The position numbers were made by a program, and so were the translations under genes. DNA of 64,000 nucleotides, taken from IMG/VR virus record IMGVR_UViG_3300044922_000290, positions 32,432 through 96,431 of that record; one strand, 5' to 3'. This document shows positions 1 through 9,118 of the stretch, in pieces. The notes beneath the pieces were generated by a model. The model was not told the origin of the DNA, did no database searches, and worked only from the letters and a program-made list of their open reading frames with translations. The stretch is from a virus. Each line of letters starts with the position of its first letter. Positions within the stretch are counted from its first letter, which is position 1.

Positions 1-238
1 GCATTTTAGCTGAAATACCTTTCTTAACTAATAAAGCTCTGAATAACCAAACATATTGTTGTCTTATCTGTACTACCTCTCTCTTTCTTGTAGAAGATTT
101 CAGAGTATCTATAGAAACATTATTCTTGGCACAAACAAACCTTAATACAGTACTTGCATTAATGTGGCCTGTCTTTGCACCATAAGTAAAAGAACTTCTA
201 TATACATCATTTAACCCTACAAATATCTCATACTTCAT
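1..238 (-). CDS. DnaA domain IV (C-terminal DNA-binding)-like protein, 3' end outside the window
   Basis: Manual translation from ATG 238 (overlaps the upstream TGA): MKYEIF...VLRFVCAKNNVSIDTLKSSTRKREVVQIRQQYVWLFRALL. This resembles the DnaA domain IV signature (V-C-x-x-F-x-V/L...S-R-K-R-E-V-V-x-A-R-Q). Confidence 0.6.
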   Translation of the reverse strand, partial: MKYEIFVGLNDVYRSSFTYGAKTGHINASTVLRFVCAKNNVSIDTLKSSTRKREVVQIRQQYVWLFRALLVKKGISAKM

Positions 239-561
239 ATTTTGCTTAAAATTTCATTAACTTTTTCTTCATTGCACATATGCCAACAATTTATCATATT
301 TCTTTTTTGGCACTCCAAAGAATAACTATCCTCAATTTGATCCCCAACTCCACCATTAATTATTAAATTGTAGTTTCCAAAGTACCTGTCTTCTACAGGA
401 ATAGGTCTGGGATTTTTAGGGTGGGTTATAAAAGAATACATTCTTTTAAAAATAAATATAGAGTTACCATTTAACTCTACGCTAGTTATATAAAACAAAG
501 GCTCATCCTCTAATGGTATACAGCTAGTAAAAGGATAAAAAGTTAAATCTTTGACTGTCAT
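235..561 (-). CDS. hypothetical protein
   Basis: 108-aa ORF, translationally coupled to its neighbours. Confidence 0.6.
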   Translation of the reverse strand: MTVKDLTFYPFTSCIPLEDEPLFYITSVELNGNSIFIFKRMYSFITHPKNPRPIPVEDRYFGNYNLIINGGVGDQIEDSYSLECQKRNMINCWHMCNEEKVNEILSKI

Positions 562-758
562 AACCTGTTATAAATTAATCTTAAATCTTCTTCATCTTCT
601 TCTACTGTAGGCTCTAATACCTGTTGTAGTTCTTCTTTTGTAACTTCCTTATCAAATACTGTCCTGAAATACAAAACCAGAGACTCCACATTATTAGTAA
701 TCTCTGGTTTACGTAAACTTGCTAAACTATGTAATGCTAAGATTTCTTCTCTTTGCAT
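558..758 (-). CDS. hypothetical protein
   Basis: ORF track gives 558..782; the ATG of MQREE at 758 is the more plausible start. Confidence 0.5.
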   Translation of the reverse strand: MQREEILALHSLASLRKPEITNNVESLVLYFRTVFDKEVTKEELQQVLEPTVEEDEEDLRLIYNRL

Positions 759-1234
759 ATTTCTATTAATTTTACTAAACAAGCTAATTGAGCTTCTTCG
801 TAAGTTTTAAGAGTATCACTCTCTAAACAATCTAATTCTCCTTCCTTTTTTGGATTATTTAAATTATTAATAGAAAACCTATAATCACGATATACATTAG
901 CCCAATAAACTGAGTTTTCTAATTTATATTTTTTTCTAAAGAAATCAAACGCTTGTTGCCAAAGTGGTGCAGCAGTAAAAGGATTATCTAAAAAGAATTT
1001 CAACAACATAGGATTATGTGCAGCCTGAAAATTTGCAGGATTGTTCAAATCACTATTATAAATCCACTCTTTAGTATCTTCTATATAAGGAAGATTATCT
1101 GCATACTCGCTTTTAGGGTAGTCAAAAGGATTTCTTAGTCTTCCTTCATTATCATAGGTAGTAAAACAAGGTTCGTTAAAACCTAATTCTTTTAAAGCTA
1201 CTGCAATCTCATAAGGTACAAAATTATTTTCCAT
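737..1234 (-). CDS. conserved Bacteroidota-phage hypothetical protein
   Basis: Pattern FVPYEIAVALKELGFNEPC...APLWQQAFDFFRKKY...TYEEAQLACL is typical of this small-protein family. Confidence 0.7.
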   Translation of the reverse strand: MENNFVPYEIAVALKELGFNEPCFTTYDNEGRLRNPFDYPKSEYADNLPYIEDTKEWIYNSDLNNPANFQAAHNPMLLKFFLDNPFTAAPLWQQAFDFFRKKYKLENSVYWANVYRDYRFSINNLNNPKKEGELDCLESDTLKTYEEAQLACLVKLIEICKEKKS

Positions 1235-1349
1235 TAACTACAGGTTTAGGTGTACATACATGACCATCACTCCATTTAATACCTGGAGGAGGAGTTGTTT
1301 CTGGTGAAGTATATTTAGTACCACAACCACTACATATAAATTGATTCAT
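1224..1349 (-). CDS. small Zn-ribbon-like protein (41 aa)
   Basis: Manual translation MNQFICSGCGTKYTSPETTPPPGIKWSDGHVCTPKPVVNGK; contains CxxC and HxC; fills the gap between two ORFs. Confidence 0.55.
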   Translation of the reverse strand: MNQFICSGCGTKYTSPETTPPPGIKWSDGHVCTPKPVVNGK

Positions 1350-1360
1350 ATTATTAGTTT

Positions 1361-1603
1361 TTAAAATTCATATTCAGGTTTCCACGTATAAGAATGTAAC
1401 TTATAATCTCTACCAAACTTACTTGGCATATCCTTACTTATAAATACAGGCTCTTTCAATTCTTCAGGAGGATAAGTAGATACACCTTTCTCACCTACTA
1501 CATTAACTTGTAAAGTAGTATTGTTTTTAATAGCATCTTCTACATCATAACTACGAATATCTATACAACCTCTAAATATCTTTTTTACTGTTAATGTTTT
1601 CAT
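1361..1603 (-). CDS. hypothetical protein
   Basis: ORF track gives 1361..1612; likely start at MKTLTV. Confidence 0.6.
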   Translation of the reverse strand: MKTLTVKKIFRGCIDIRSYDVEDAIKNNTTLQVNVVGEKGVSTYPPEELKEPVFISKDMPSKFGRDYKLHSYTWKPEYEF

Positions 1604-1604
1604 A

Positions 1605-1901
1605 TTATTCACTTAACCATTTAAATAATTCTTTGTATGTATCAAATTCGTATACTTTAACTTCTGAGTTAACTAAAGAAGTTACTAATTCAGAAAGAGA
1701 TTCAGTAGTTTCTGCGTAGTAACCATTACCCGCTGTAACCCCATATGTACATAAAACTATATAATCTCCTGACTCATATTCACTTCTGGTTATAAACCCC
1801 CTATCTCCAGCATTATCAAGAACTCCATAATATTTATTTGGAGAAACTTTTGAAGCTTCTATTGTTTTTAGTTTAGTTTTTACTGTTATTACTTCTTTCA
1901 T
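1605..1901 (-). CDS. hypothetical protein
   Basis: 98-aa ORF within the operon. Confidence 0.6.
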   Translation of the reverse strand: MKEVITVKTKLKTIEASKVSPNKYYGVLDNAGDRGFITRSEYESGDYIVLCTYGVTAGNGYYAETTESLSELVTSLVNSEVKVYEFDTYKELFKWLSE

Positions 1902-1902
1902 T

Positions 1903-2931
1903 TTAGATATATTTTATACGTTTTGAATCTACCCCCTGAAGGGCGCTAGCTAACCAAACTTCATCTTGAGTATCTTTAGCTACTGTAATGTAAATCTGAG
2001 CTTTCTTATCTCCTTCAAGATTACAAGTCCTTAGTATTTTCTGTACTTGCAATTCTTCATTAGATTGTATTTGGTGTATTACAGCATGTTTTAGTCCTAC
2101 TCCTGTAAAACCCATACTCAACATGCCAATACAACTTAGTTTATTTACTTTCTTTTTTTGAAATAACTCTAAACTATCTTCTTTAGATTTACTATGATAA
2201 GAATGTTTACAGAGTTTATCAGCTACTTCAGTTAGTGTAGTAAATACTAATACTCTCTTTAAAGGCTTTATAAGGTTCTGTGCTGCTTTTAATTTACTTT
2301 CTAATCTATAGATATACTGAGCTCTTTTTAATGCAGCATTGTTCTTTACATGCACATATTTAGCATCAGAGAATGATAGCATTTTAAAGTATTCAAAAGT
2401 TTTAGTAAGTTTATTGTAAGCTGTTCTTTCTTCAGGAGTTAATGTAACTTCTTTTATGAATATTTCATAGTCACTTATAATGTTGTGGTCTATGGCTTGC
2501 TCTATACTATAATCATACTTAACAGTTAGCCCTAGTTCTTGCCTTATTTTCTGTTTATTCTTATTACCCAAAGTACCTGTTGCACCAACAATTCTCTTTG
2601 GTTTTCTACTTTTAATGACTTTATACTGATTATCTGAAATCTGATGGCACTCATCTATTATGAGTAAATCTAAATCCATTGGAAGCTCTTCTGAAGACCT
2701 TATATTAAGTAATGTAGGAGTAAATCCTAAATCCCATTTAAGTATTTCAGCTCTCCAGGAATCTAAGATAGAATTAAAAGGAGCTACAACAGCTATCTTT
2801 TTATCTTCTTTACCTCGTATAGAATCTATTAAAAGCTTTGTCTTTCCTACTCTACAAGCTACTACTATCAAACAATTATAATTATTATCTTTAATAGCCT
2901 GAACAGCTTCTGCTTGAATTTTATTCCTCAT
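1903..2931 (-). CDS. superfamily 2 (DExH) helicase
   Basis: Q-motif-like QAEAV, Walker A ACRVGKT, motif II DECH, motif III GATGT. Confidence 0.8.
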   Translation of the reverse strand: MRNKIQAEAVQAIKDNNYNCLIVVACRVGKTKLLIDSIRGKEDKKIAVVAPFNSILDSWRAEILKWDLGFTPTLLNIRSSEELPMDLDLLIIDECHQISDNQYKVIKSRKPKRIVGATGTLGNKNKQKIRQELGLTVKYDYSIEQAIDHNIISDYEIFIKEVTLTPEERTAYNKLTKTFEYFKMLSFSDAKYVHVKNNAALKRAQYIYRLESKLKAAQNLIKPLKRVLVFTTLTEVADKLCKHSYHSKSKEDSLELFQKKKVNKLSCIGMLSMGFTGVGLKHAVIHQIQSNEELQVQKILRTCNLEGDKKAQIYITVAKDTQDEVWLASALQGVDSKRIKYI

Positions 2932-2934
2932 TTC

Positions 2935-3114
2935 CTAAACTACAGTGTTTTGCTTTATTTTTTCTTTTTTATATTCATACCTACTACACTCAAGCCAATT
3001 ATCTGTTATATTTTCTTTTCCATTCAAGGTTTTATATAATCTAACAGTTGGGCAAGGATTAGGTTTTTCTTTGATTATTTCACAAAGAGGTTGATTGTCT
3101 TTTATTGTACTCAT
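2935..3114 (-). CDS. hypothetical protein (59 aa)
   Basis: Manual translation MSTIKDNQPLCEIIKEKPNPCPTV...; fills the gap between polymerase and helicase. Confidence 0.45.
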   Translation of the reverse strand: MSTIKDNQPLCEIIKEKPNPCPTVRLYKTLNGKENITDNWLECSRYEYKKEKIKQNTVV

Positions 3115-3120
3115 GTTTAG

Positions 3121-4956
3121 TTATTTTTCCCAGTAGTCCGAAATCTTGCAATCTACTTCAAAGGGTACATTTTTTACAATTGCTTCAGCAGCTTCAATCA
3201 TTAACTTATTAAGAACTTCTTTCCATTCTTCTGCTTTTTCTGCAATAACTTCTGTTTGTATCTCATCATAAACAGATAGCAATATATAAGCTGGGTAGTT
3301 GTTACTATCTATATATTCCTGTATTTTTATTAAAGCAAGTTTGATAGCATCCGCATTTGCACCTTGGATAGGTGTGTTCATTGATGCTCTTTCTATTTCA
3401 CCTTGCCTTGTAAAGTTATTTTTATCTTGCCAGCCTTCAAACCACCTTACTCTTCTAAATGGAGCAGGAGTTCTTATGTAACCTCTTGTTTTACCAAGAG
3501 TACCTAGCATTTTAAGAAATTTATCTACACCAGGAACAATCTTAAAAAACTTTTTAATAATCTTATCAGCTTGGTCTACAGATATTTGCATAGTATCTGC
3601 CAACTTAAATTTTGACATGCCATATGCTAATCCAAAGTTTACAGTCTTCTGCACATCTCTGTATGTAACACCAGGTTTAAAAGGAGTTTCTTTCTTTACA
3701 TCAGTAATAGGTATATCAAAAGTAGCTGCACAAAGAACACTATGTAAATCTTCTTTATTCTTAAAAGAGTTAACCCATAAAGGGTCTTCACTAAATTCAG
3801 CTATAATTCTTAATTCGGCTCCTGAGAAATCTCCACCAACTATTTTATACCCGTCTCTAGGTATAAAGCAACTTCTAATCTTTTTTGCTAATTCTCCTTT
3901 ACTTGGTATTTGATTAAGATTAGGCTCACTTACTGAAATTCTGCCAGTTGATAGAAGTTGCCATATGTTACAATGTATTCTACCTGTCTTTTTGTTTATA
4001 AACTTAAGAAAATCTCTACCAAAAGAAGAAGCCAGCTTATTGTTTTTGTTGTATTCAATAAGCTTTGCTATAATAGGATGATTACTTTTATTTGTTTGTA
4101 AAAACCTATCACCTGTTGTATCAGTAGCAAAGCCTAACTTTCTTACTATTTCTAGTTTCTGCTTTGCTGAAGCCCAATTTATATCAAGTGTCCTTTCTTC
4201 AAAGCCAAATAAGTTACCTTGAGTATATCTAGGTACATAAGATTTAAGTTTTGGTTCAGCCATAAGTAAAGTATCTAATTCTTCCTCACCTTGTTTAGTA
4301 AGAGCTTCAGTTACTTCACATACTTCCAGCCATTTCTTTTCATCTAACCTAATTCCGTTAAATTCTAACTTGGCAAACACTTTAGTAACTTCATTTTCTA
4401 GCCATACAAGATTGCCTAAATCCCATTTTTCTAGTTCTACAAGTTGTTTATCTCTAATATCTTGTAACAAGAGAACATCTTTAGCTGCATATTCTATTAC
4501 CCTATCACTAAGTTTCTCTGAATGTATTACACCTCGTATAGATTTATCTAATACAGTTGTAGTATATTTTAAAGCTAATGCAGCTAATCCTAATGCTCTA
4601 TCTTCTATACCTGTTGTAAGTATACATTCAGCCAGGAATGTATCGTAGAGTATTGTAGGATATATACCAACGCTATAAAAGAATTTTAAATCATACTTGG
4701 CATTTTGTAGAAGTAAGAACTTGTTTTCTAACAGGTCTTTAAACAACCTAATATCATTACAAGTACAATCTATGACATATTGATTATATCTATCACCCAA
4801 CTGTAAAGTAAGTACATAGCCATCTATAAATCCACCTACAGTTTCTGTGTCAACTTGTACTTCAAACTTATCCTCAAAATAATCCAATACATCTTGACAA
4901 GTAGCTAATTTATAGGTATCTGTATCAAACAATCTATTACTTACTAAGTATATCAT
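3121..4956 (-). CDS. polA: family A DNA polymerase (3'-5' exonuclease plus polymerase, no 5'-3' exonuclease)
   Basis: ExoI VDTET, ExoII QNAKYD, ExoIII YAAKD; TGRISVSEPNLNQIP; motif A DFSGAELR; motif B RDVQKTVNFGLAYG; motif C VYDEI. Start moved to ATG 4956, which overlaps the upstream stop as ATGA. Confidence 0.95.
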   Translation of the reverse strand: MIYLVSNRLFDTDTYKLATCQDVLDYFEDKFEVQVDTETVGGFIDGYVLTLQLGDRYNQYVIDCTCNDIRLFKDLLENKFLLLQNAKYDLKFFYSVGIYPTILYDTFLAECILTTGIEDRALGLAALALKYTTTVLDKSIRGVIHSEKLSDRVIEYAAKDVLLLQDIRDKQLVELEKWDLGNLVWLENEVTKVFAKLEFNGIRLDEKKWLEVCEVTEALTKQGEEELDTLLMAEPKLKSYVPRYTQGNLFGFEERTLDINWASAKQKLEIVRKLGFATDTTGDRFLQTNKSNHPIIAKLIEYNKNNKLASSFGRDFLKFINKKTGRIHCNIWQLLSTGRISVSEPNLNQIPSKGELAKKIRSCFIPRDGYKIVGGDFSGAELRIIAEFSEDPLWVNSFKNKEDLHSVLCAATFDIPITDVKKETPFKPGVTYRDVQKTVNFGLAYGMSKFKLADTMQISVDQADKIIKKFFKIVPGVDKFLKMLGTLGKTRGYIRTPAPFRRVRWFEGWQDKNNFTRQGEIERASMNTPIQGANADAIKLALIKIQEYIDSNNYPAYILLSVYDEIQTEVIAEKAEEWKEVLNKLMIEAAEAIVKNVPFEVDCKISDYWEK

Positions 4957-5165
4957 ACACTTCCATTTATTATATAAGGTATAGCAGCAGCAAGAAAAGT
5001 TCCTAAAATGACTACTATTATAGCTCCTGCTGACCAAGATAATATAGCATCATCAGTAGCAAACCAAGACCGCATTACAAACCTACCTATCCAATAAGGT
5101 ACAAATATAATAGCAGCTATACTGACTATTACAATTATCGTTCTTTCTATCATAACTTTAAACAT
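4953..5165 (-). CDS. small membrane protein (two TM helices)
   Basis: Two hydrophobic stretches. Confidence 0.55.
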   Translation of the reverse strand: MFKVMIERTIIVIVSIAAIIFVPYWIGRFVMRSWFATDDAILSWSAGAIIVVILGTFLAAAIPYIINGSV

Positions 5166-5419
5166 TTATTACAGTAATACTTTTCTCCTTCTTCTAATGG
5201 TTCCCCATTAAACCTTTTACTACACCATTCGCATTGTAAAGGCTTTAATTTGATTCCAAGATGTTCTTCAGTATTCTTATCCCAATGTTCCAATAAAGTC
5301 TTTCTAAGCTCTTGTATTTGCCTTACAATTAATAATTCAGAAGGAGTAAAGCTAGACATATTAAATGTTAATCCAGATACTCTAGCTTTAGACCAATTTC
5401 TTTCTCTTGCTTTACTCAT
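5150..5419 (-). CDS. hypothetical protein with C-terminal Zn finger
   Basis: CEWC...YYCNKC; likely start at MSKARE. Confidence 0.55.
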   Translation of the reverse strand: MSKARERNWSKARVSGLTFNMSSFTPSELLIVRQIQELRKTLLEHWDKNTEEHLGIKLKPLQCEWCSKRFNGEPLEEGEKYYCNKCLKL

Positions 5420-5576
5420 CTTTAAGCATTTCATCAAAACCTACTCCACCATTACCTTTCCACCAAGTTTCTTCTAATTTCTTTTTAACAAGAGTTCTTA
5501 GACTTTCCATAGTATGGTCATGTGCAATTAATTCCTTAACTGCATTAAGTATTTCTTCAGTTGTTTTTTCTATCAT
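5412..5576 (-). CDS. hypothetical protein
   Basis: Likely start at MIEKTT. Confidence 0.45.
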   Translation of the reverse strand: MIEKTTEEILNAVKELIAHDHTMESLRTLVKKKLEETWWKGNGGVGFDEMLKDE

Positions 5577-5658
5577 TTCTCTTCTTTTAAAATTATAAAT
5601 ATTGTAGGTAATACTACAAATATAAATATACAAGCACCTAGTAGTAGTATTTTCATTC

Positions 5659-5850
5659 TTAAACTTTATTTAACTGTGACTCTTTGTCCATTGTGCTATT
5701 GTAACTTTTAACAAGTTTTTCAGCAAATTGTAAATCTGTTGTTGTTAAAATTAAGTTTCTATTTTGCAAAATTTCTCCTCTGTGTATTTCATATTGTGTC
5801 GGATACTTACGTTTAAGTAAGATAAGAATATCTTTAGTGTGCGGTTGCAT
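5659..5850 (-). CDS. hypothetical protein
   Basis: 63-aa ORF. Confidence 0.5.
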   Translation of the reverse strand: MQPHTKDILILLKRKYPTQYEIHRGEILQNRNLILTTTDLQFAEKLVKSYNSTMDKESQLNKV

Positions 5851-5852
5851 TG

Positions 5853-6053
5853 TTATTCTAATGGTTTAAAATTAGCTTCTATTATAGCATACAATGTTCT
5901 GTATATTACAATAACAGGTAGGCAAATTAGGTATATAATTATAGGAAATATGTGTGTAGGTTTTATTTTTTCGCCCCTATTAGCTAATGGTCTTATACAC
6001 CATCCATAAATTATAAATACAATAGCAGTTAATATTATTTTTGTTAGTGTCAT
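5853..6053 (-). CDS. small membrane protein
   Basis: Two hydrophobic segments; A-rich leader. Confidence 0.55.
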   Translation of the reverse strand: MTLTKIILTAIVFIIYGWCIRPLANRGEKIKPTHIFPIIIYLICLPVIVIYRTLYAIIEANFKPLE

Positions 6054-6226
6054 ATTTTTATTTGTTAAAGTTGGTTAAAATTATATGTTTATTTCTAAAA
6101 ATGTAAGGTCTGCCCTAATGCTTGCATCGGTTTTATAGGGTAGTTTCCATCCGTCAAAGACTATACAGGTGTTCCACCAACTTATCGGTGCAAAACATAT
6201 AAATCTTATGTAAAATCTTGGTTTCA

Positions 6227-6508
6227 TTATTTGGTGTTAGAGTTGGTTTCGTAGTGTTTATATAATTCAGCACGCTTGTACTGCACTTGTGTATCTATGT
6301 GTGTAAAAAAATCATTACCATTGGAGTAAAAATTATCTTCTACCCATTTTATAGCATTTAAAACCTCTTGCTCTATCTGTTCACGCTCTTTGGGGAGTAA
6401 CTCTGTAAGCATTTCTATTACCTCATCATAGGTAACGTAATCTTTATTCTTATCATTTTCTTTTGCTGTTTTTGCATTTGCTATAGCTTCCTGTAACGCT
6501 GTTTCCAT
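6227..6508 (-). CDS. hypothetical protein
   Basis: 93-aa ORF; METAL...LLPKEREQI family pattern. Confidence 0.6.
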   Translation of the reverse strand: METALQEAIANAKTAKENDKNKDYVTYDEVIEMLTELLPKEREQIEQEVLNAIKWVEDNFYSNGNDFFTHIDTQVQYKRAELYKHYETNSNTK

Positions 6509-6509
6509 G

Positions 6510-6908
6510 TTAGTTAGATTTGGTAATTAGTTCTGTTCCTGTAAGGGTGAAGTATAGGTTTTGAAGTTGGTGTAAGTACTTATAGTTTAATGGTTTCCCA
6601 AAATCAACACTTAATAATCCATCATCAAAAGTTACAATTAACATTCCATTGCCTATTGAGTAAGACGACTGTTTAAATCCATCTTTTTTATCGGTAATTT
6701 TCTCAAACCCCGACCTTAGTAGTATATCTTCTGTAAGGGGGATAGGTTGATACCAAGCAACCGTATTTTTACCGTTTACTATCAGTTCGTGTTCAATGCT
6801 TTCTACCTTGCATATATCAAAATGCTCTTTTTCATCGGGCGTACCAGGTACTCTTGTGTAATAGTGATGGTAAATTAAATTACCAATTCTAAGTTCTTTC
6901 GCTGTCAT
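6510..6908 (-). CDS. YopX-like conserved Bacteroidota phage protein
   Basis: ELRIGNL...PIPLTEDILLRSGF...YLHQLQNLYFTLTGTEL. Confidence 0.65.
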   Translation of the reverse strand: MTAKELRIGNLIYHHYYTRVPGTPDEKEHFDICKVESIEHELIVNGKNTVAWYQPIPLTEDILLRSGFEKITDKKDGFKQSSYSIGNGMLIVTFDDGLLSVDFGKPLNYKYLHQLQNLYFTLTGTELITKSN

Positions 6909-6919
6909 TTCTTCTATCT

Positions 6920-7279
6920 TTAAAACTTGTTAATACTTAGGTATTGCTTGATGGCTTCGGCTGCTTTTTGGGCTTCATGTTCTGTTTTAAAGCAGTTACC
7001 AGCTAATATTCTTGGGTTGTCTAAATCGTGGTGAGTATAATTTGTTTTCCTAACCTTAAACCAATCATTTATATAGTAATAATCCTCAAGTAATTTTGGT
7101 TGCCACCTCTGCTCTGTTTCAATTGGTGCTTGCTCTGTTGTATCAATAGGCTGATAGGTTTCTTGTCCTTTAGAAAAGTATAAGTCCTCTAATCTTTTAA
7201 GCCTTTCATTCATATCGGATATTAGACATTCTACTTGCGTTAATAATTTAGCATTATCCTGTTCTATTAAGTCAGTCAT
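6920..7279 (-). CDS. hypothetical protein
   Basis: RWQPKL..YYYI...GNCFKTEHEA pattern. Confidence 0.6.
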   Translation of the reverse strand: MTDLIEQDNAKLLTQVECLISDMNERLKRLEDLYFSKGQETYQPIDTTEQAPIETEQRWQPKLLEDYYYINDWFKVRKTNYTHHDLDNPRILAGNCFKTEHEAQKAAEAIKQYLSINKF

Positions 7280-7550
7280 TTGATGTGGGTTTAAGGGTTT
7301 GTAGTTCGGTTAGAAGTTCTAAGTATAAATCATAGTTTACTAAAAAACTTGGCAATATTTCTATTCTTGCTGCTATATCCTCTATTGGTTTCATTTTACT
7401 TTTCAGCAATCGCTCTACTGCTTGCTTATAGGCTGTTGCGCCATCAATAAAACCGTGTGTATAGGTTATTTTATGTGGCGGGGTATATGTTGCTTCTTGA
7501 AACTCGCTTGACTTTTCAGCTTCTTGCTGCCATTCTTTCGGTAGTGTCAT
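7272..7550 (-). CDS. hypothetical protein
   Basis: 92-aa ORF containing GFIDGA. Confidence 0.55.
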   Translation of the reverse strand: MTLPKEWQQEAEKSSEFQEATYTPPHKITYTHGFIDGATAYKQAVERLLKSKMKPIEDIAARIEILPSFLVNYDLYLELLTELQTLKPTSND

Positions 7551-7560
7551 GGTGTTTGTT

Positions 7561-8001
7561 TTAAAGGGTTAGTTTTATCCAGTTATACTCAATCATTTTT
7601 TCTACTGATAAGCCCATAAATGGTAAGGCGTAACCTTTAGAGCGTAGGTAAGAGCTTACCCATTCACCTGTTCCTGCTCCAAAACCACAGTATCCGCCTT
7701 TTAAATATAAGCATGAAAGAGCACAATCTTTGCCTTGTTTTATTTCATCTTGTATTTTTAATTTATAATGATTATGATGACCTTCGTTGTATAAAACTTT
7801 TCTATATACAGCAATAGCATCCTTATGTGTTATTGATGAAAGGGGCTTTAATTCCAAATAATCAGTTTGTAACTTTTCTTTAGGGGTAAAATCATCAAAG
7901 CCAACATGTAGTTTAGGCTCGTTTGATTTTCTTATGCAAAGGACTTTCTGACCATAATACAGGGCAAAAAAACGGGCTTTGTTATCTAAGGTGTTCTCCA
8001 T
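7561..8001 (-). CDS. conserved Bacteroidota-phage hypothetical protein
   Basis: NKARFFALYYGQ...LELKPLSSIT...LRSKGYALPFMGLSVE. Confidence 0.65.
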   Translation of the reverse strand: MENTLDNKARFFALYYGQKVLCIRKSNEPKLHVGFDDFTPKEKLQTDYLELKPLSSITHKDAIAVYRKVLYNEGHHNHYKLKIQDEIKQGKDCALSCLYLKGGYCGFGAGTGEWVSSYLRSKGYALPFMGLSVEKMIEYNWIKLTL

Positions 8002-8004
8002 CTT

Positions 8005-8298
8005 TTAAAGGGTTATTCCGCAATCTTGCAGGGTTAAACGTATTCTAACCATAGCTGCTGGCGGTGGAGGATTTTTTGTTTCTTTAGTTTTATTGTATAT
8101 TTCTTTTAAAAGTTCAGCTAACCTCTCCTTATCGGAATTGGCTTTTGCTAACTGGGTTGTTAGGTCTGCTGTTTGTTGGGTAGCGTAGGTTACCATAGCC
8201 TTAATAGTTCCCTTATACACAAGACCTTGTTTGCTAATTATATTAGACACACCTTTGTGTTTAAAGTTTTCGTCTAATACTTCTTTTGCTGTTTTCAT
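8005..8298 (-). CDS. hypothetical protein
   Basis: 97-aa ORF. Confidence 0.55.
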   Translation of the reverse strand: MKTAKEVLDENFKHKGVSNIISKQGLVYKGTIKAMVTYATQQTADLTTQLAKANSDKERLAELLKEIYNKTKETKNPPPPAAMVRIRLTLQDCGITL

Positions 8299-8316
8299 TC
8301 TATTTGTTGTGTTTGG

Positions 8317-8613
8317 TTAAAGATTTTTTTCTATTGCTTTATCAATAATATCATTAAGTGTTTTTATCTGCTCTTTCAACTCCTCATTCTCCTTTTGATA
8401 CTTTTCAATAGTAAATATCTGGGCTTCGTTTACTTCTTTTAACAAGGTGTTTTCCTCTTTAAGGGCTTGGTAATTGTTGCAAGCGGTTACTATAAATTCA
8501 GCCGTTTCTGTTTCAAATGTTTCAATAATAAAATTATCATTAATATCACAAATGCTACATTCATTTTTTTCGCTTATTCTCAAAGGTAATTTTAGTGTGT
8601 GTTTATTCTCCAT
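8317..8613 (-). CDS. hypothetical coiled-coil protein
   Basis: AEFIVTACNNY followed by heptad repeats. Confidence 0.6.
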   Translation of the reverse strand: MENKHTLKLPLRISEKNECSICDINDNFIIETFETETAEFIVTACNNYQALKEENTLLKEVNEAQIFTIEKYQKENEELKEQIKTLNDIIDKAIEKNL

Positions 8614-8649
8614 TGTTAGTGTTGTTACTTGGTTTTAGATAGTTTGTGT

Positions 8650-8841
8650 TTAAAGTAATAAATATAATACTATTATTCCTAATAATATTACTAATATTAC
8701 TAATCTTTTAGCTTCTTTCTTATGTTTCAATAAGTATCTTTCAGCTTTATATCCTTGAGAATTTAAACTCATAGAATGAAACCATACTCCTCTTATTATA
8801 ATGTAACATATAATAGCTGTTATTATTAATAGTAATTTCAT
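8650..8841 (-). CDS. small membrane protein
   Basis: Likely start at MKLLLII; two TM segments. Confidence 0.5.
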   Translation of the reverse strand: MKLLLIITAIICYIIIRGVWFHSMSLNSQGYKAERYLLKHKKEAKRLVILVILLGIIVLYLLL

Positions 8842-9030
8842 AATTCTTTTATAAAAAACTTCTATAGTACATCTTATAGAAGTTATTGATAATTCCAGTT
8901 TCACATAAGGAATTATTAAACAGGTTAAAGAACTGTCAATATGCACCCTGTTTTAATGCTCAAAGATAAAACTGGGTTGGGTTAGTAAGAAATAAAATTC
9001 TTAGTGTTGCAGTTTTTCTTTGATTATTAG

Positions 9031-9104
9031 TCTCCCTGACAAGATTCTAACTTGTGACTTTCCCATTAGAAGTGGGATACTCTATACAGCTGAGTTACAG
9101 GGAG
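9031..9104 (-). tRNA. tRNA-Arg(TCT) with non-canonical U19/A56, CCA not encoded
   Basis: Minus strand CTCCCTG-TA-ACTC-AGCTGTATA-GAGT-A-TCCCA-CTTCTAA-TGGGA-AAGTC-ACAAG-TTAGAAT-CTTGT-CAGGGAG-A. All four stems pair perfectly; anticodon is TCT. Confidence 0.88.
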
Positions 9105-9118
9105 ATATATAATATTAC

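Noticed and set aside
9031-9104. Possible amber suppressor tRNA, since CTA appears in the anticodon loop
   Set aside because: The 7-nt loop CTTCTAA places TCT at positions 34-36, so it is Arg.
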